Source: an uncultured Acidobacteriaceae bacterium (lineage in GTDB: Bacteria > Acidobacteriota > Terriglobia > Terriglobales > Acidobacteriaceae). From it: DNA of 64,000 nucleotides. The notes under the pieces are model-generated. The model did not search any database and had not been told where the DNA came from. It was given only the letters and a program-made list of their open reading frames with translations. Where the stretch lies: the NCBI GenBank assembly GCA_963713645.1, contig CAVQMQ010000008.1, positions 6,473-70,472 of the forward strand, read 5' to 3'. Both the position numbers and the translations under genes were made by a program. Every line of letters begins with the position of its first letter. Position 1 is the first letter of the stretch. Of the stretch, positions 8,709 to 18,986 are shown piece by piece.

Positions 8709-9947
8709 ATGAGCGAGTTTATTGCTGTAGACGAACAGATGGACCTGCTGCAAAAGGGCGCGGCGGAGATTATCCGAGTGAGCGACCTGCGCGAGCGCTT
8801 GGAAGAGAGCCGCAAAACCGGGCGGCCGTTGCGCGTGAAGGCCGGCTTTGACCCCACCGCGCCTGACCTGCACCTGGGCCACACCGTGCTGATGCGCAAG
8901 CTGCGGCACTTTCAGCAGTTGGGCCATACGGTCATCTTTCTGGTGGGCGACTTTACCGCGCTGATCGGCGACCCGACGGGCCGCAACGTGACGCGCAAGC
9001 CGCTCACCCGCGAACAGATTGATGTGAACGCGCAAACGTATCTGGATCAGGCCTTCAAGATTCTCGACAGAGAGCTGACCGAGGTGCGCTATAACTCCGA
9101 GTGGCTGGACAAGCTGGGCTTTGAGGGAACGATCCGGCTGACGGCGCACTTTACCGTCTCGCAGATGCTGGAGCGGGATGAGTTCCACAAACGCTTCCAA
9201 GCCGAGCAGCCGATCAGCATGCATGAGTTTCTGTATCCGGTGATGCAGGGGTACGATTCGGTGGCGTTGGAGGCGGATGTGGAGCTGGGCGGCACCGATC
9301 AGCGCTTCAACCTGGGCTGCGGGCGCGAGTTGCAACGGCACTATGGGCAGAAGCCGCAAATCGTGCTGATGACGCCGATTCTCGAAGGGCTGGACGGCGT
9401 GCAGAAGATGTCTAAGTCGCTGAATAATGCGATAGGCATCAACGAGCCTCCCTCAGAGATGTACGGCAAGCTGATGAGCATTAGCGATGAGCTGATGTGG
9501 AAGTATTATCTCTTCCTGACCGATCTAACGCAATCGGAGATTGACGCCCTACGCAGAGCAGTGGCGGCAGGTTCGATGCATCCGATGGAAGTGAAGAAGT
9601 GGCTGGCGCGGGAGATTACCGGGGGCTTCCACGGCGGGGAAGAAGCTGCGGACGCGGATGAGAACTGGGCGCGGATGTTTCAGCAGAAGGCTGTCGCTGA
9701 GGACCTCGAAGAGGTTTTGATCACGTTCGCGGATGTGACCGGGCCTAAAGGGGAGTTACATATTCCTAAACTGTTAGTAAAGATGGGACTCGCGGCCAGC
9801 GGCACAGAAGCGAATCGCAAGATAGCCGAAAATGCAGTCAAGCTTGATGGAGAATTGTTCGGGCGTGCCAGGGTTTACTTCATCGAAGTGCCGGCGCGGA
9901 TAGTGGTGAGGCTGGGCAAACGGGCCAAAGTTGCCGTGATTTCGTAA
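8709..9947 (+). CDS. tyrS: tyrosine--tRNA ligase
   Basis: [13 protein letters not shown] (HIGH-like), [19 protein letters not shown] and a C-terminal S4 domain. Confidence 0.97.
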   Translation: MSEFIAVDEQMDLLQKGAAEIIRVSDLRERLEESRKTGRPLRVKAGFDPTAPDLHLGHTVLMRKLRHFQQLGHTVIFLVGDFTALIGDPTGRNVTRKPLTREQIDVNAQTYLDQAFKILDRELTEVRYNSEWLDKLGFEGTIRLTAHFTVSQMLERDEFHKRFQAEQPISMHEFLYPVMQGYDSVALEADVELGGTDQRFNLGCGRELQRHYGQKPQIVLMTPILEGLDGVQKMSKSLNNAIGINEPPSEMYGKLMSISDELMWKYYLFLTDLTQSEIDALRRAVAAGSMHPMEVKKWLAREITGGFHGGEEAADADENWARMFQQKAVAEDLEEVLITFADVTGPKGELHIPKLLVKMGLAASGTEANRKIAENAVKLDGELFGRARVYFIEVPARIVVRLGKRAKVAVIS

Positions 9948-9989
9948 ATTATTTTGTTTTTTTGTTTCGGCAGGTTGGCGTCCTGCCAT

Positions 9990-10035
9990 CCCACCCATGC
10001 GACAAAAACAAGTACGTCGCATGGATGGGGCACCC
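9990..10035. repeat. REP-like hairpin ending GGGCACCC
   Basis: CCCACCCATGCGAC-AAAAACAAGTAC-GTCGCATGGATGGG-GCACCC between convergent tyrS and asnS; near-identical to copies at 21511 and 62848. Confidence 0.8.
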
Positions 10036-10083
10036 AGCTTTGTTCTACTGCAAAGTATCCAAGCAAAAAACATCTGAGTTGTT

Positions 10084-11427
10084 CTACGGATAGATGCGGT
10101 GCAGAGTGCGCGCAAATGGAATCGTTTCGCGGACGTGGTCGAGTCCGCAGATCCAGGCAACGGCGCGCTCGATTCCCATGCCGAAACCACTGTGGGGCAC
10201 ACTGCCGTAGCGGCGCAGGTCGAGGTACCACTGGAAGGCTTCCTTGGGCAGGTTGTGCTGCTCGATTCTTGCGTTGAGCAGTTCATAGCTCGAAACGCGC
10301 TGCGAGCCGCCGATGATTTCGCCGTAGCCCTCGGGAGCGAGGACATCGACGCAGAGTGCGTAGCGAGGGTCTTGAGAGTCCGGCTCCATGTAAAAGGCCT
10401 TCACGTTGGCTGGATAGCGATGGACCATCACCGGACGGTCAAACTGCGAGCTGAGCCAGGTTTCGTCGGGCGAGCCGAAGTCGTTGCCGTACTCAAAAGG
10501 AGCTTCGAGATGGCCGTCTTTATGCGCCTGATTGAGCATATCGGCGGCTTCGTCATAGCGCAGGCGCGGGAAGGGCGGCGCGATGGATGCGAGCTTTTCC
10601 GGATCGCGGCCGATGACTGCTAGCTCCGGTGCGCGGTTTTTCAGGACGCTTTGCACGATGTGCGAGAGGAAGTTTTCGGCCAGTTCGAGCAGGCCGTCGA
10701 GGTCGAGATAAGCGACCTCCGGCTCGATCATCCAGAACTCAGTGAGATGGCGGCGGGTCTTGGATTTTTCGGCGCGGAAGGTTGGGCCGAAGCTGTAGAC
10801 CTTGCCCAATGCGAGCGCGGTAGACTCGATGTAAAGCTGGCCGGACTGAGTGAGGAAGGCTGGATCGCCAAAGTAATCGACTGGGAAGAGCGTCGAAGTC
10901 CCTTCGCAGGCTGCCGGAGTGAGGATCGGTGGATCGGTGCGGATGAAGCCGTTGGTGTCGAAATACTCGGCAGCCGCGCGCATTATCTCGGCGCGGATGC
11001 GCAGGATGGCTGACTGACGCGGGGAGCGGACCCAGAGATGGCGGTGCTCCATCAGGAAATCAACGCCGTGGTCTTTGAGGCTGATGGGGTAAGGGTCGGA
11101 CTCGGGGATGCGGTGAACGACTTCGAGTCCTTCGACATCGAGTTCGAAGCCGCCGGGGGCGCGCTTGTCGGCACGGACTTTGCCGGTGACGATGACCGAG
11201 GATTCCTGGGTGAGTCCCTTGAGGGATTCAAAGACCTCGGCGGGAACGCTCTTGACATGCGCCACGCCCTGCACGGTTCCAGTGCCGTCGCGAAAGATGG
11301 GAAAGAGCAGTTTGCCGCTCTCGCGCAGATTATAGAGCCAGCCGCGCAGGGTGACGGATTGGCCTTCATGCTGGCCGAGGGTGGCAATGGTAGCGATGGG
11401 CGGAGTTACGGCGGTCTCTTCGGACAT
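10084..11427 (-). CDS. asnS: asparagine--tRNA ligase
   Basis: OB-fold VTLRGW...[54 protein letters not shown]. Confidence 0.96.
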   Translation of the reverse strand: MSEETAVTPPIATIATLGQHEGQSVTLRGWLYNLRESGKLLFPIFRDGTGTVQGVAHVKSVPAEVFESLKGLTQESSVIVTGKVRADKRAPGGFELDVEGLEVVHRIPESDPYPISLKDHGVDFLMEHRHLWVRSPRQSAILRIRAEIMRAAAEYFDTNGFIRTDPPILTPAACEGTSTLFPVDYFGDPAFLTQSGQLYIESTALALGKVYSFGPTFRAEKSKTRRHLTEFWMIEPEVAYLDLDGLLELAENFLSHIVQSVLKNRAPELAVIGRDPEKLASIAPPFPRLRYDEAADMLNQAHKDGHLEAPFEYGNDFGSPDETWLSSQFDRPVMVHRYPANVKAFYMEPDSQDPRYALCVDVLAPEGYGEIIGGSQRVSSYELLNARIEQHNLPKEAFQWYLDLRRYGSVPHSGFGMGIERAVAWICGLDHVRETIPFARTLHRIYP

Positions 11428-11530
11428 TTGGTTGCGCTCCCTGAGCGGCGGTGTCTTCCGGATGCCAGAAAAATCCCCCGCCAAAGATTTAAGGATAACG
11501 CGGGCGGCTTTCTTGCGTATCCTTATCCGC

Positions 11531-13723
11531 ATGAACCATTGCATGGAGCAGACCTTTCGATTGGGATTGGTGTTCTGGGTTGGGATCAGCGCTGCGGCAG
11601 CGCAGACGATTCCGAGCACGACAGCGCAAGCGATTCACGGCCGCGACGGGATTGTATTGCCTGCGCCGCCGGCAGCCGAGGCGGTTCCGGTTATTGACGA
11701 TTATTTCGGAACCAAGATCACTGACAAGTATCGTTGGCTGGAAGATGCCAAGAGCCTGGAGACGCAAACCTTTATCGAGGCCCAGAACGCGTATACGGAT
11801 CGCTATATGCGCCAGGCGAAGATACGGCCCGATCTGGTGGATGATCTGGATGCGTTGGAGCATGTTTCGGAGTGGGGCCTGCCGGTGGAGAGGGGTGGGA
11901 ATCTTTTCTTTGAGAAGCGGCTGGCCGGCGAAGAGCAGGCGTCAATCTACGTGCGCCGGGGGTGGGCGGCAAAAGACGAGCGGTTGATCGATCCGGCAAA
12001 GCTGAGCCGGGATGCGAATTCTTCGGTTGAATTGCTGGATGTATCGCGCGACGGCTTGTTAGTCGCTTATGCGGTGCGGGAAAGCGGCGCGGAAGAGACG
12101 GCGATCCATGTGGCGGAGGTGAAGACGGGCAAAACGCTGGAAGATGAACTGCCGCTTGCGGTCTACCGCTCGGTGAACTTCACCGTGGATGGCAAAGGAG
12201 TCTATTACACGCGGGTGGGGAAGGCTGGGACACTGCTTTATCAGCATCTAATTGGAATGCGCCTCAGCCGGGATGTGCTGCTTTTTGGGCGTGAGTTTTT
12301 CAGCGAGCAGCTGGGCGCAACGGATCTCTTCACATCGAGTGTTACCGATGACGGGCGCTACCTGGTGGTGGAGATTGATCGCGGCGTACCGGCGCGGCGG
12401 GTGGATATTGTCTTTCGCGATCTGAAGAAGCCGGGTTCGCCTTTTGAGCTATTGGTCTGGGGACTGGATGCGCGGTTCAAGGCGGTTTGGACCAAGGGCG
12501 AGTGGTACGTGGAGACGAATTATCAGGCGGCGAAGGGGAGGGTCTTAAAGGCCGAACCGGGAGTTTTGCCAGACGTCTGGCCGACAGTGATTCCTGAAGG
12601 GCTGGCGCCGATTGAGAATTTTTCGATTGTGGGCGGAAAGATTTATCTGACGCGATTGAATGACGGCAAGCCGGGGAACGCAGCCTATGCGCTGGATGGA
12701 AAAGCGGCAGGGAAACTAGACGCGGAGGGAATCGCGGCGGTTTCAGCGGTTGCGGGCGGGACCGAGGCCCGGTACGGATTCTTGAGGGTGGAGTCGGTGC
12801 TGAATCCGCCGGTTGTCTACCGGCTGGATACTTTGACCGGCAAACGCGAGGTCTTTGGGCAGACAAAGGCGCCTTTCGACGCGGCGCGGTACGAGGTGAA
12901 GCAGGTCTTTGTGAAGTCGAAGGACGGCATGGAAATCCCAATATTTATCGCAGGGAAGAAAGGGCTGAAGCAGGACGGGACGGAGCGGTTGCTGATGACG
13001 GGAACGGGCAGCTTCGGCGAGAGCAATCTGCCACGCTGGAGTCCGGTCTACGCCTGGTGGTTGCAGCAGGGCGGATGGCTGGCATTGCCAGGCGTGCGCG
13101 GCGGAGGTGAGTACGGAGAAAGCTGGCACCGGCAAGCGATACTTGACACAAAACAGACCGCCTTCGACGACTGGTTCGCCGCAGCGGAGTATCTGATTGC
13201 GAACAAGTACACTTCATCGGCGCATCTCGCGATTCTTGGCCGAGGCGCAGGCGGATTGCTAGTTGGAGTTGCGCTTACCCAGCACCCGGAGCTTTTTTCA
13301 GCAGCGGTCTGCGCCGATCCTCTTTTGGATATGCTGCGGTATCAAAAGTTTGGCAATGGGGCGCTGTGGACCGGGGAGTTTGGATCGGCGGAGAAGGAAA
13401 AGCAGTTTCCTTATTTGGCTAAATACTCTCCCTATCAAAATGTGAAGGCGAAGACGGCTTATCCGGCGGTTCTTCTCACGACTTCCGACACTGGCGCCTG
13501 GGCAGATCCGCTCCATGTGCGCAAAATGACGGCGCTGCTACAGGCGCGCTCCACAGGAGGGCGTCCGATCCTTCTCAGGGAAACAGCCCTCGGACCTGCG
13601 CTAACCGCCGTAGGGGGTGAGGCGTTTGCGATCCGTTCAGGCGTAGAGCCGCAGATGCAGTTACACGCCGACGAACTGGCGTTTCTTTGGACAGAAACGG
13701 GTCCAAGTCCAACGGCGCACTAG
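11531..13723 (+). CDS. secreted prolyl-oligopeptidase (S9A) homologue, apparently catalytically dead
   Basis: Signal peptide, DKYRWLED, beta-propeller region and [11 protein letters not shown] are present, but the nucleophile elbow reads GRGAGG rather than GxSxGG. Start 11531 or 11543. Confidence 0.85.
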   Translation: MNHCMEQTFRLGLVFWVGISAAAAQTIPSTTAQAIHGRDGIVLPAPPAAEAVPVIDDYFGTKITDKYRWLEDAKSLETQTFIEAQNAYTDRYMRQAKIRPDLVDDLDALEHVSEWGLPVERGGNLFFEKRLAGEEQASIYVRRGWAAKDERLIDPAKLSRDANSSVELLDVSRDGLLVAYAVRESGAEETAIHVAEVKTGKTLEDELPLAVYRSVNFTVDGKGVYYTRVGKAGTLLYQHLIGMRLSRDVLLFGREFFSEQLGATDLFTSSVTDDGRYLVVEIDRGVPARRVDIVFRDLKKPGSPFELLVWGLDARFKAVWTKGEWYVETNYQAAKGRVLKAEPGVLPDVWPTVIPEGLAPIENFSIVGGKIYLTRLNDGKPGNAAYALDGKAAGKLDAEGIAAVSAVAGGTEARYGFLRVESVLNPPVVYRLDTLTGKREVFGQTKAPFDAARYEVKQVFVKSKDGMEIPIFIAGKKGLKQDGTERLLMTGTGSFGESNLPRWSPVYAWWLQQGGWLALPGVRGGGEYGESWHRQAILDTKQTAFDDWFAAAEYLIANKYTSSAHLAILGRGAGGLLVGVALTQHPELFSAAVCADPLLDMLRYQKFGNGALWTGEFGSAEKEKQFPYLAKYSPYQNVKAKTAYPAVLLTTSDTGAWADPLHVRKMTALLQARSTGGRPILLRETALGPALTAVGGEAFAIRSGVEPQMQLHADELAFLWTETGPSPTAH

Positions 13724-13803
13724 CTAAAAGCAGAAATGGATTGACCCGCAGAGGGAAATTCCGGCGTGATCTCATGTCTTTACCGATTACTTCCGATAAG
13801 GGG

Positions 13804-13959
13804 ATGGGAACTCCCGTGTGCTTCGCTTGCCGCGATGGCCACTTGTATCGCAGCCTGACGAATGAGCCAGTCTTGCGCTTCAATGAAGTGGCCTGTTGCA
13901 CCAAGTGTGGTTTGAAGTCAGCGCAATCCCGGCCATTCTGGAATGGCTTTGTGGAATGA
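13804..13959 (+). CDS. putative small zinc-ribbon protein (51 aa)
   Basis: MGTPVCFAC...CCTKC has two CxxC pairs and fills the gap between two + strand genes; could be spurious. Confidence 0.35.
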   Translation: MGTPVCFACRDGHLYRSLTNEPVLRFNEVACCTKCGLKSAQSRPFWNGFVE

Positions 13960-14019
13960 GCAAAGACGGGATTTTTTGGTGCCCCGATGGAATTGCCGAG
14001 ACTAGGGAGACGAGCTGAA

Positions 14020-15408
14020 ATGCCGCAGATCGTATTGGAGACCAGCAAAAAGGATGGCATTTTGGAAGCCGACCGATTGGCTGCGCTCCACGTAACCGGG
14101 ATTTTGGACACGGAGCCGGAGGCAATCTACGACACGCTGACGCGCCTGACCGCCGAGTATTTTCAGGCGGATGTGGTTGTGTTGGGATTTGGGGATGAGA
14201 CCCGGCTCTGGGCCAAGTCCAGCTGGGGCGAGCAAATTCGCGAGGTTCCGCGGAAAAACTCGATTTTTGATATGGTTCTTGCCGAAAACGGCCCTGTCGT
14301 TGTCTCCGATGTCAGACTGCATCCGCAAATGAAGGGAAAGGAGATGCAACTCCGGCGCTATGGTTTGCGCGCCTTCGTCAGCGTTCCGGTGCGCGCTGCC
14401 GAGGGTGAGATTCTGGGGACGCTCACCGTTTTACATAAGCTGCCGAACTCTAGCATCGGCGCGGAGGAAGTGGGCATTCTGGAGAGCCTGGCCGAGATGG
14501 TGACCAACCAGTTGGAACTGGGCAAGCTGCGGAAAGCCTACACCGGCCGGCGGGTGCGCCGGAGCCGTGCAACCCGGAAAGAGACCAAGGCGGCAGCGGC
14601 TGAAAATCACAGCTGGCCGCAGGTGGCGGATCTGCGCCGCGCGCTGGATCAAGGTCAATTTGTGCTCTATTACCAGCCGGAGGTAGAACTTGCGACGCGC
14701 AGAATCGTTGGCCTGGAAGCATTAATTCGCTGGCAGCATCCGGTGCGGGGACTTGTGCCGCCGGGGGATTTTATTCCGTTAGCGGAGGAATCCGGCCTGA
14801 TATTGCCGATCGGGGACTGGGGTCTGGCCGAGGCATGTCAGCAGATTCAGAACTGGAATCAACAGAGCGCCACCTATGAATCGTTGCGCGTCTGCGTCAA
14901 CCTCTCTGCGCGGCAATTCTCCCGGCAGGGTCTGGCGGACCATGTGGCGAGCCTGCTGGCCCAGTCAGGCGTTGCCAACCACCAACTCGGCCTGGAGTTG
15001 ACCGAATCGAGCCTGATGCCTAATATGGGCATTGCCCTCGAAGTCCTGATCAACCTGCGCCGGTTGGGTGTCTCGCTGCTGATGGATGACTTTGGCACCG
15101 GCTACAGCTCACTAAACCAACTGCACACATTTCCTTTTGACGTACTCAAGATTGACCGCTCGTTTGTCTCCCGCATGGCGGAAGGCGATCAAGCGCTGCA
15201 AATAGTCCGAACCATTATTGAACTGGCTCGCGTGCTGGGGATGGATGTGGTGGCGGAAGGCATTGAGACCCGCGAACAATACCGGCTGCTGAAGCAAATG
15301 GGATGCCGTTTTGGCCAGGGGTACCTGATGGCGCGGCCAATGACGGCCGAGGCTGTGACTCGGCTGCTCGAACTCCCCGGAAGGGTTCTGCCCGACCAGA
15401 TGGAATGA
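14020..15408 (+). CDS. GAF-EAL c-di-GMP phosphodiesterase
   Basis: N-terminal RLAAL...ILDTEPE GAF domain; [36 protein letters not shown] and GQGY intact; no GGDEF domain. Confidence 0.9.
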   Translation: MPQIVLETSKKDGILEADRLAALHVTGILDTEPEAIYDTLTRLTAEYFQADVVVLGFGDETRLWAKSSWGEQIREVPRKNSIFDMVLAENGPVVVSDVRLHPQMKGKEMQLRRYGLRAFVSVPVRAAEGEILGTLTVLHKLPNSSIGAEEVGILESLAEMVTNQLELGKLRKAYTGRRVRRSRATRKETKAAAAENHSWPQVADLRRALDQGQFVLYYQPEVELATRRIVGLEALIRWQHPVRGLVPPGDFIPLAEESGLILPIGDWGLAEACQQIQNWNQQSATYESLRVCVNLSARQFSRQGLADHVASLLAQSGVANHQLGLELTESSLMPNMGIALEVLINLRRLGVSLLMDDFGTGYSSLNQLHTFPFDVLKIDRSFVSRMAEGDQALQIVRTIIELARVLGMDVVAEGIETREQYRLLKQMGCRFGQGYLMARPMTAEAVTRLLELPGRVLPDQME

Positions 15409-15575
15409 GATTCGACGGCCTGCGCAGCTGCCTGTAAGACAACCTGGATTTGTAGGACAACCCAGAGCGTTTCATTTTGAAACTGGATTGGAGCGCGTCC
15501 TTATCTGGAATCCCTTATTTCAGAAAGATGGGAAAGCTCTCACCATTTGCATTCGCTCGCAGGTATGCTCCAGCC

Positions 15576-16304
15576 ATGCAACAGAGTGATGCAAACACGA
15601 CTTCTGTCAATTCGGCAAGCTTCGCCACGTTACTGGCCTCGCTGGCCGCCCCGGCGAAAAAGCCGTCGAGTGGTTGGAGCAATGAGGGGCTGGAGGACGA
15701 TGTGGCCACGCTGAGCTACGAGCATGCCTTGCGCGCCCATGCCCGCTACAGGCCGGAGACTACTCCGGCAACGTTGGACGACCAGTCTCTGACACAGGCA
15801 CCCGATCCGGTTTCCTCCTATCAGCGCACCGCCGAGCCGCAAGTATCCACCACAACGGAAGAGGCGCGACCAGCCTATGCCGGATCGCCGGCCTTCAACC
15901 CGGCAGCGGCGGAATCCAGCTTCGGGAAAAGCCATAGTTATGGCGGATCTCGCCGGATGGCAACGCGCATGGAACGGAACCTGCTGCGGGCCAGCGTCAC
16001 CATCCGCATGAGCGAGGCGGAGTGTGAGCAACTGCATCGGCGCGCGGCAGAGGCAGGAGTAACGGTTTCGTCGTATCTGCGCTCCTGCACATTTGAGGCG
16101 GAAGCGCTGAGGGCGCAGGTGAAAGAGACACTGGCACAGTTGCGGGCGGTGACGCAGCCGATGAAAACGGCTGCTGTTCCGGCCGAGCGAGCCAGTCGGC
16201 CGGGTTTTTGGCGGCGATTATGGATACGTCTCTGGCGCAAAGGACCTCACACGGGTGACGTGCCGGACGAATCAGGAAGTGGCCGGCGCATGGCTCGCGC
16301 ATAG
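15576..16304 (+). CDS. hypothetical protein with a MobC/CopG-like ribbon-helix-helix domain
   Basis: ASVTIRMSEAECEQLHRRAAEAGVTVSSYLRSC, flanked by low-complexity sequence. Confidence 0.65.
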   Translation: MQQSDANTTSVNSASFATLLASLAAPAKKPSSGWSNEGLEDDVATLSYEHALRAHARYRPETTPATLDDQSLTQAPDPVSSYQRTAEPQVSTTTEEARPAYAGSPAFNPAAAESSFGKSHSYGGSRRMATRMERNLLRASVTIRMSEAECEQLHRRAAEAGVTVSSYLRSCTFEAEALRAQVKETLAQLRAVTQPMKTAAVPAERASRPGFWRRLWIRLWRKGPHTGDVPDESGSGRRMARA

Positions 16305-16314
16305 CAGAGCATCG

Positions 16315-17829
16315 TCATTCCACTTCCAGCACCAGGCACTTCAGGTATTCGGTCTCGGGCAGGCCCAGAATCACCGGATGGTCGGGCGCTGCGCCACGGC
16401 GCTCGTGCAAGCGGACGCGACGATGCGCGTCCGCTGCCGCCGAGGTAACGGCGGCTTCAAGATCGGCCCAGCTTACATGATGCGAGCAGGAACAGGTGAT
16501 GAGCAGGCCGCCGGGACGCATCATGCGCAAAGCTCGCAGATTGAGTTCCTTGTAGCCGCGCAAGGCTCCTTCTACTGCGCGCTGGCTTTTGGCGAAAGCA
16601 GGCGGGTCGAGAACGATGGTGTCGAAGATCTCGCAGGCATCCGACCAGTCGCGGAGAATCTGGAAGGCGTCGGCCTCAACCCAATCGACTTCGCCGGTGA
16701 GCTGCGCCCGGTTCGCTTCCAGGTTGCGTTCGGCGACTTCGAGGGATGAACGGGACGAGTCGATGCCCGTCACTCTTTTGCAGATCCGCGCCAGATGAAG
16801 CGCGAAGCCGCCCTGATAGGTACAGACATCCAGCGCCCGGCCGCCTGGAGCGAGGAGCCACGCCCACCGATGAGCGGCAATGTAGTTTGCGCTCTGGTCA
16901 AGAAAGGCTCCAGTCTTCTGCCCGGCGTTGGCATCGAAATGGAAGAGCAGGCCGTTGAGCTTGAACTGTGTGCTGGTGATGGGGTTGGCGGGGTCGGTGG
17001 CCCAGAGCGGGGTGAGGTTGGGTGCGGCCAGCCCTTCCAACTCACGCATGCGCGGGTCAGGGCGTTCCAAAATGGTGGACGGATTCAGCTTTTCTTGAAG
17101 CACGCGAACGCAGGTTGCGCGGACGGCCGGATTGTCGAGTCCCTTGGTCAGCAGTTGCAGGATGATGAGGTCGCCGTATTTATCGATGATCAGGCCGGGC
17201 AGTTCGTCGGCTTCGCTGAAGCAGAGACGGCAGGAGTCTGCTTGATCCATCAGTCGAGGCATGTGACGGATCAGTCGAGGCAAGCGGCGGAGAATGGCGG
17301 AGCGGAGGCGGGCTTCAAGCAGCGCCAGCCACGCGGCTTCATCCAGCGCCTCGCGGGAGACCAGCCGCAGCGCAATCTGCGAGGTGGGGCTATAGAGCGC
17401 GGTTCCCAGCAGCAGGCCGCGGCTATCGGCAACCGGCAGCAACGCTGGCGGTTCGCCGGGGCCGGCTTCGATGAACTCGATGTCCGAGGCGTAGACCCAG
17501 AGATGGCCGACGCGAAGCCGATCAGCGGCGCGGCGGCTGATCGTAGCGCCAATGACCCTTGAACGCTGTTTGGCCGGTTGCGAGGCTTGATTGTGCGGCT
17601 TGGTGCTGGTGGGCCGAGGCTTTGGCTTAGGGTAGGGTTTTGCTGGGGAATCCTGGCCGGAAGAGTGCGCGACCGGCGGGTTCTCGCGCTGCGGACCGCG
17701 GGAAGCGGCCTGTTTGCTTTGGTTAAGCGGCACCCTGGGACTGCCCGGAAAGGTTTTTCCCCCCTTAGCCTTGGCTGTCCAGGGCGCTGCTTGAGTTGTT
17801 TCAGGTTTCGGCCTGCGCGGTTTTGTCAT
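16315..17829 (-). CDS. class I SAM-dependent rRNA methyltransferase (RlmI-like, PUA domain)
   Basis: GHLWVYASDI, GQKTGAFLDQ, LDVCTYQGGF, IVLDPPAFAKS, ETEYLK. Long Pro/Lys-rich N-terminal extension, so start uncertain. Confidence 0.85.
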   Translation of the reverse strand: MTKPRRPKPETTQAAPWTAKAKGGKTFPGSPRVPLNQSKQAASRGPQRENPPVAHSSGQDSPAKPYPKPKPRPTSTKPHNQASQPAKQRSRVIGATISRRAADRLRVGHLWVYASDIEFIEAGPGEPPALLPVADSRGLLLGTALYSPTSQIALRLVSREALDEAAWLALLEARLRSAILRRLPRLIRHMPRLMDQADSCRLCFSEADELPGLIIDKYGDLIILQLLTKGLDNPAVRATCVRVLQEKLNPSTILERPDPRMRELEGLAAPNLTPLWATDPANPITSTQFKLNGLLFHFDANAGQKTGAFLDQSANYIAAHRWAWLLAPGGRALDVCTYQGGFALHLARICKRVTGIDSSRSSLEVAERNLEANRAQLTGEVDWVEADAFQILRDWSDACEIFDTIVLDPPAFAKSQRAVEGALRGYKELNLRALRMMRPGGLLITCSCSHHVSWADLEAAVTSAAADAHRRVRLHERRGAAPDHPVILGLPETEYLKCLVLEVE

Positions 17830-17867
17830 TTGCTCCCTTGAGCCGGGAGCGAATGGGCCGCCGGCGG

Positions 17868-18296
17868 TTACTTAACCTGAAGAGTTTCCAGGTAGCGGCT
17901 CAGATTACTGATTCTAAGCTGCTTCTCCTGGGGGTTGGTCTGGTTCATCTTACCAAGGATTGGTCCCCAAACCGGCATTTGTGCCGAACCATGCGCGCGC
18001 ATTTCTGTTCCAAACTGCAAAATGCTCACGATGTGCGTATCCGGGAACTTCCCGTGGTTATTACGGCTCAGCATTGTTAGATCCGATGCCGGCGTTTTCA
18101 ATGCCGGTGCGACGGGGCCGTTGCCCTTGCCGTCGGTGCCGTGGCAAGGTGCGCAATAGCTTGTAAACATCAGTTTGCCGCTGGTGGGCGTGGTTTTGTC
18201 CACCGGGATAGTGACTTTTCCGTTTGGCTGATCTGCCGAGGCCATGGCAACAATAAATACCGCAGCCAAGGCTGTAAGTATGAGGGGTTTGAACAT
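17868..18296 (-). CDS. monoheme cytochrome c
   Basis: Signal peptide, CAPCH, distal Met in HGSAQMPVWG. Confidence 0.88.
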   Translation of the reverse strand: MFKPLILTALAAVFIVAMASADQPNGKVTIPVDKTTPTSGKLMFTSYCAPCHGTDGKGNGPVAPALKTPASDLTMLSRNNHGKFPDTHIVSILQFGTEMRAHGSAQMPVWGPILGKMNQTNPQEKQLRISNLSRYLETLQVK

Positions 18297-18614
18297 AAGT
18301 TCCTCCGTTCTGGACCTCTACTCCGAAGGAGACTGTACGCCTTTCTTCAAATAACTTGCCTGTGACGGCGAGCACAGGATGTAAGTTGCGAGTAGTAACT
18401 ATCCCGATCCGGGATGATATATTACGTAAGTTTTTATTCGTCTTGAATCTAGATCAACGTGTATTAGTCGCGAGCATTACTTTTTTATCTTTGCCGGCAA
18501 GCGAACAGCGCGCGGCAGCGCGTTTTTTGATGCTCATTTCATGCTGACGGGCCGGGTGGATGGCTGACCGAGGACGGAGATTCGGGCAGGGTTGCCACTC
18601 GCGCGATTTTTCTG

Positions 18615-18645
18615 TTGACAGACGTTACCAAAAGAAGATAACGTC
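18615..18645 (+). promoter_or_regulatory. possible sigma70 promoter with overlapping inverted-repeat operator
   Basis: TTGACA at 18615-18620, then GACGTTA-N11-TAACGTC (18621-18645) spanning the spacer and a weak -10 (GATAAC). Confidence 0.35.
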
Positions 18646-18767
18646 ACCATCGCCGAAGAGAAGCCGTTTCCGCCGTGCTTCAAACGAGTGCAGCTGATCT
18701 GCGGAATTGAAAAATCGTTTTTCTTAATTTGACAGTTTGAGAAGGATCATCCAACGGGTCCGTTGAT

Positions 18768-18886
18768 TAGAGCGGCTCTCCAATACCCCTGGAGTGGTTG
18801 GAATGGTGCAAGGTGGCTTTTTTCTTAAGGGAAAAAACGACTTTAGAGCATCAGCTCCGCTCTGCTCCAATTGGTGAACCGCTATA
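18768..18886. mobile_element. MITE-like repeat, copy B
   Basis: TAGAGCGGCTCTCCAAT...GTGGCTTTTTTC..GAAAAAACGAC...TCCGCTCTGCTCCAATTGGTGAACCGCTATA; aligns end to end with three other copies. Confidence 0.7.
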
Positions 18887-18986
18887 TTGCCCAACCCCAG
18901 GATCCGGACAAAGATATCGGCATCATGTCTCGAAGCACGATCATTTCTATGATCTCGGTCGGTCATGTGATGTACAAGGAGAAACC

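Noticed and set aside
3711-11619. Extended N-termini in the ORF track for recA (3711), the glycosylase (5642), coaD (5469), tyrS (8685) and asnS (11619)
   Set aside because: Homology, and for recA a clear RBS, begins at downstream ATGs; the extensions create overlaps with neighbours or promoters.
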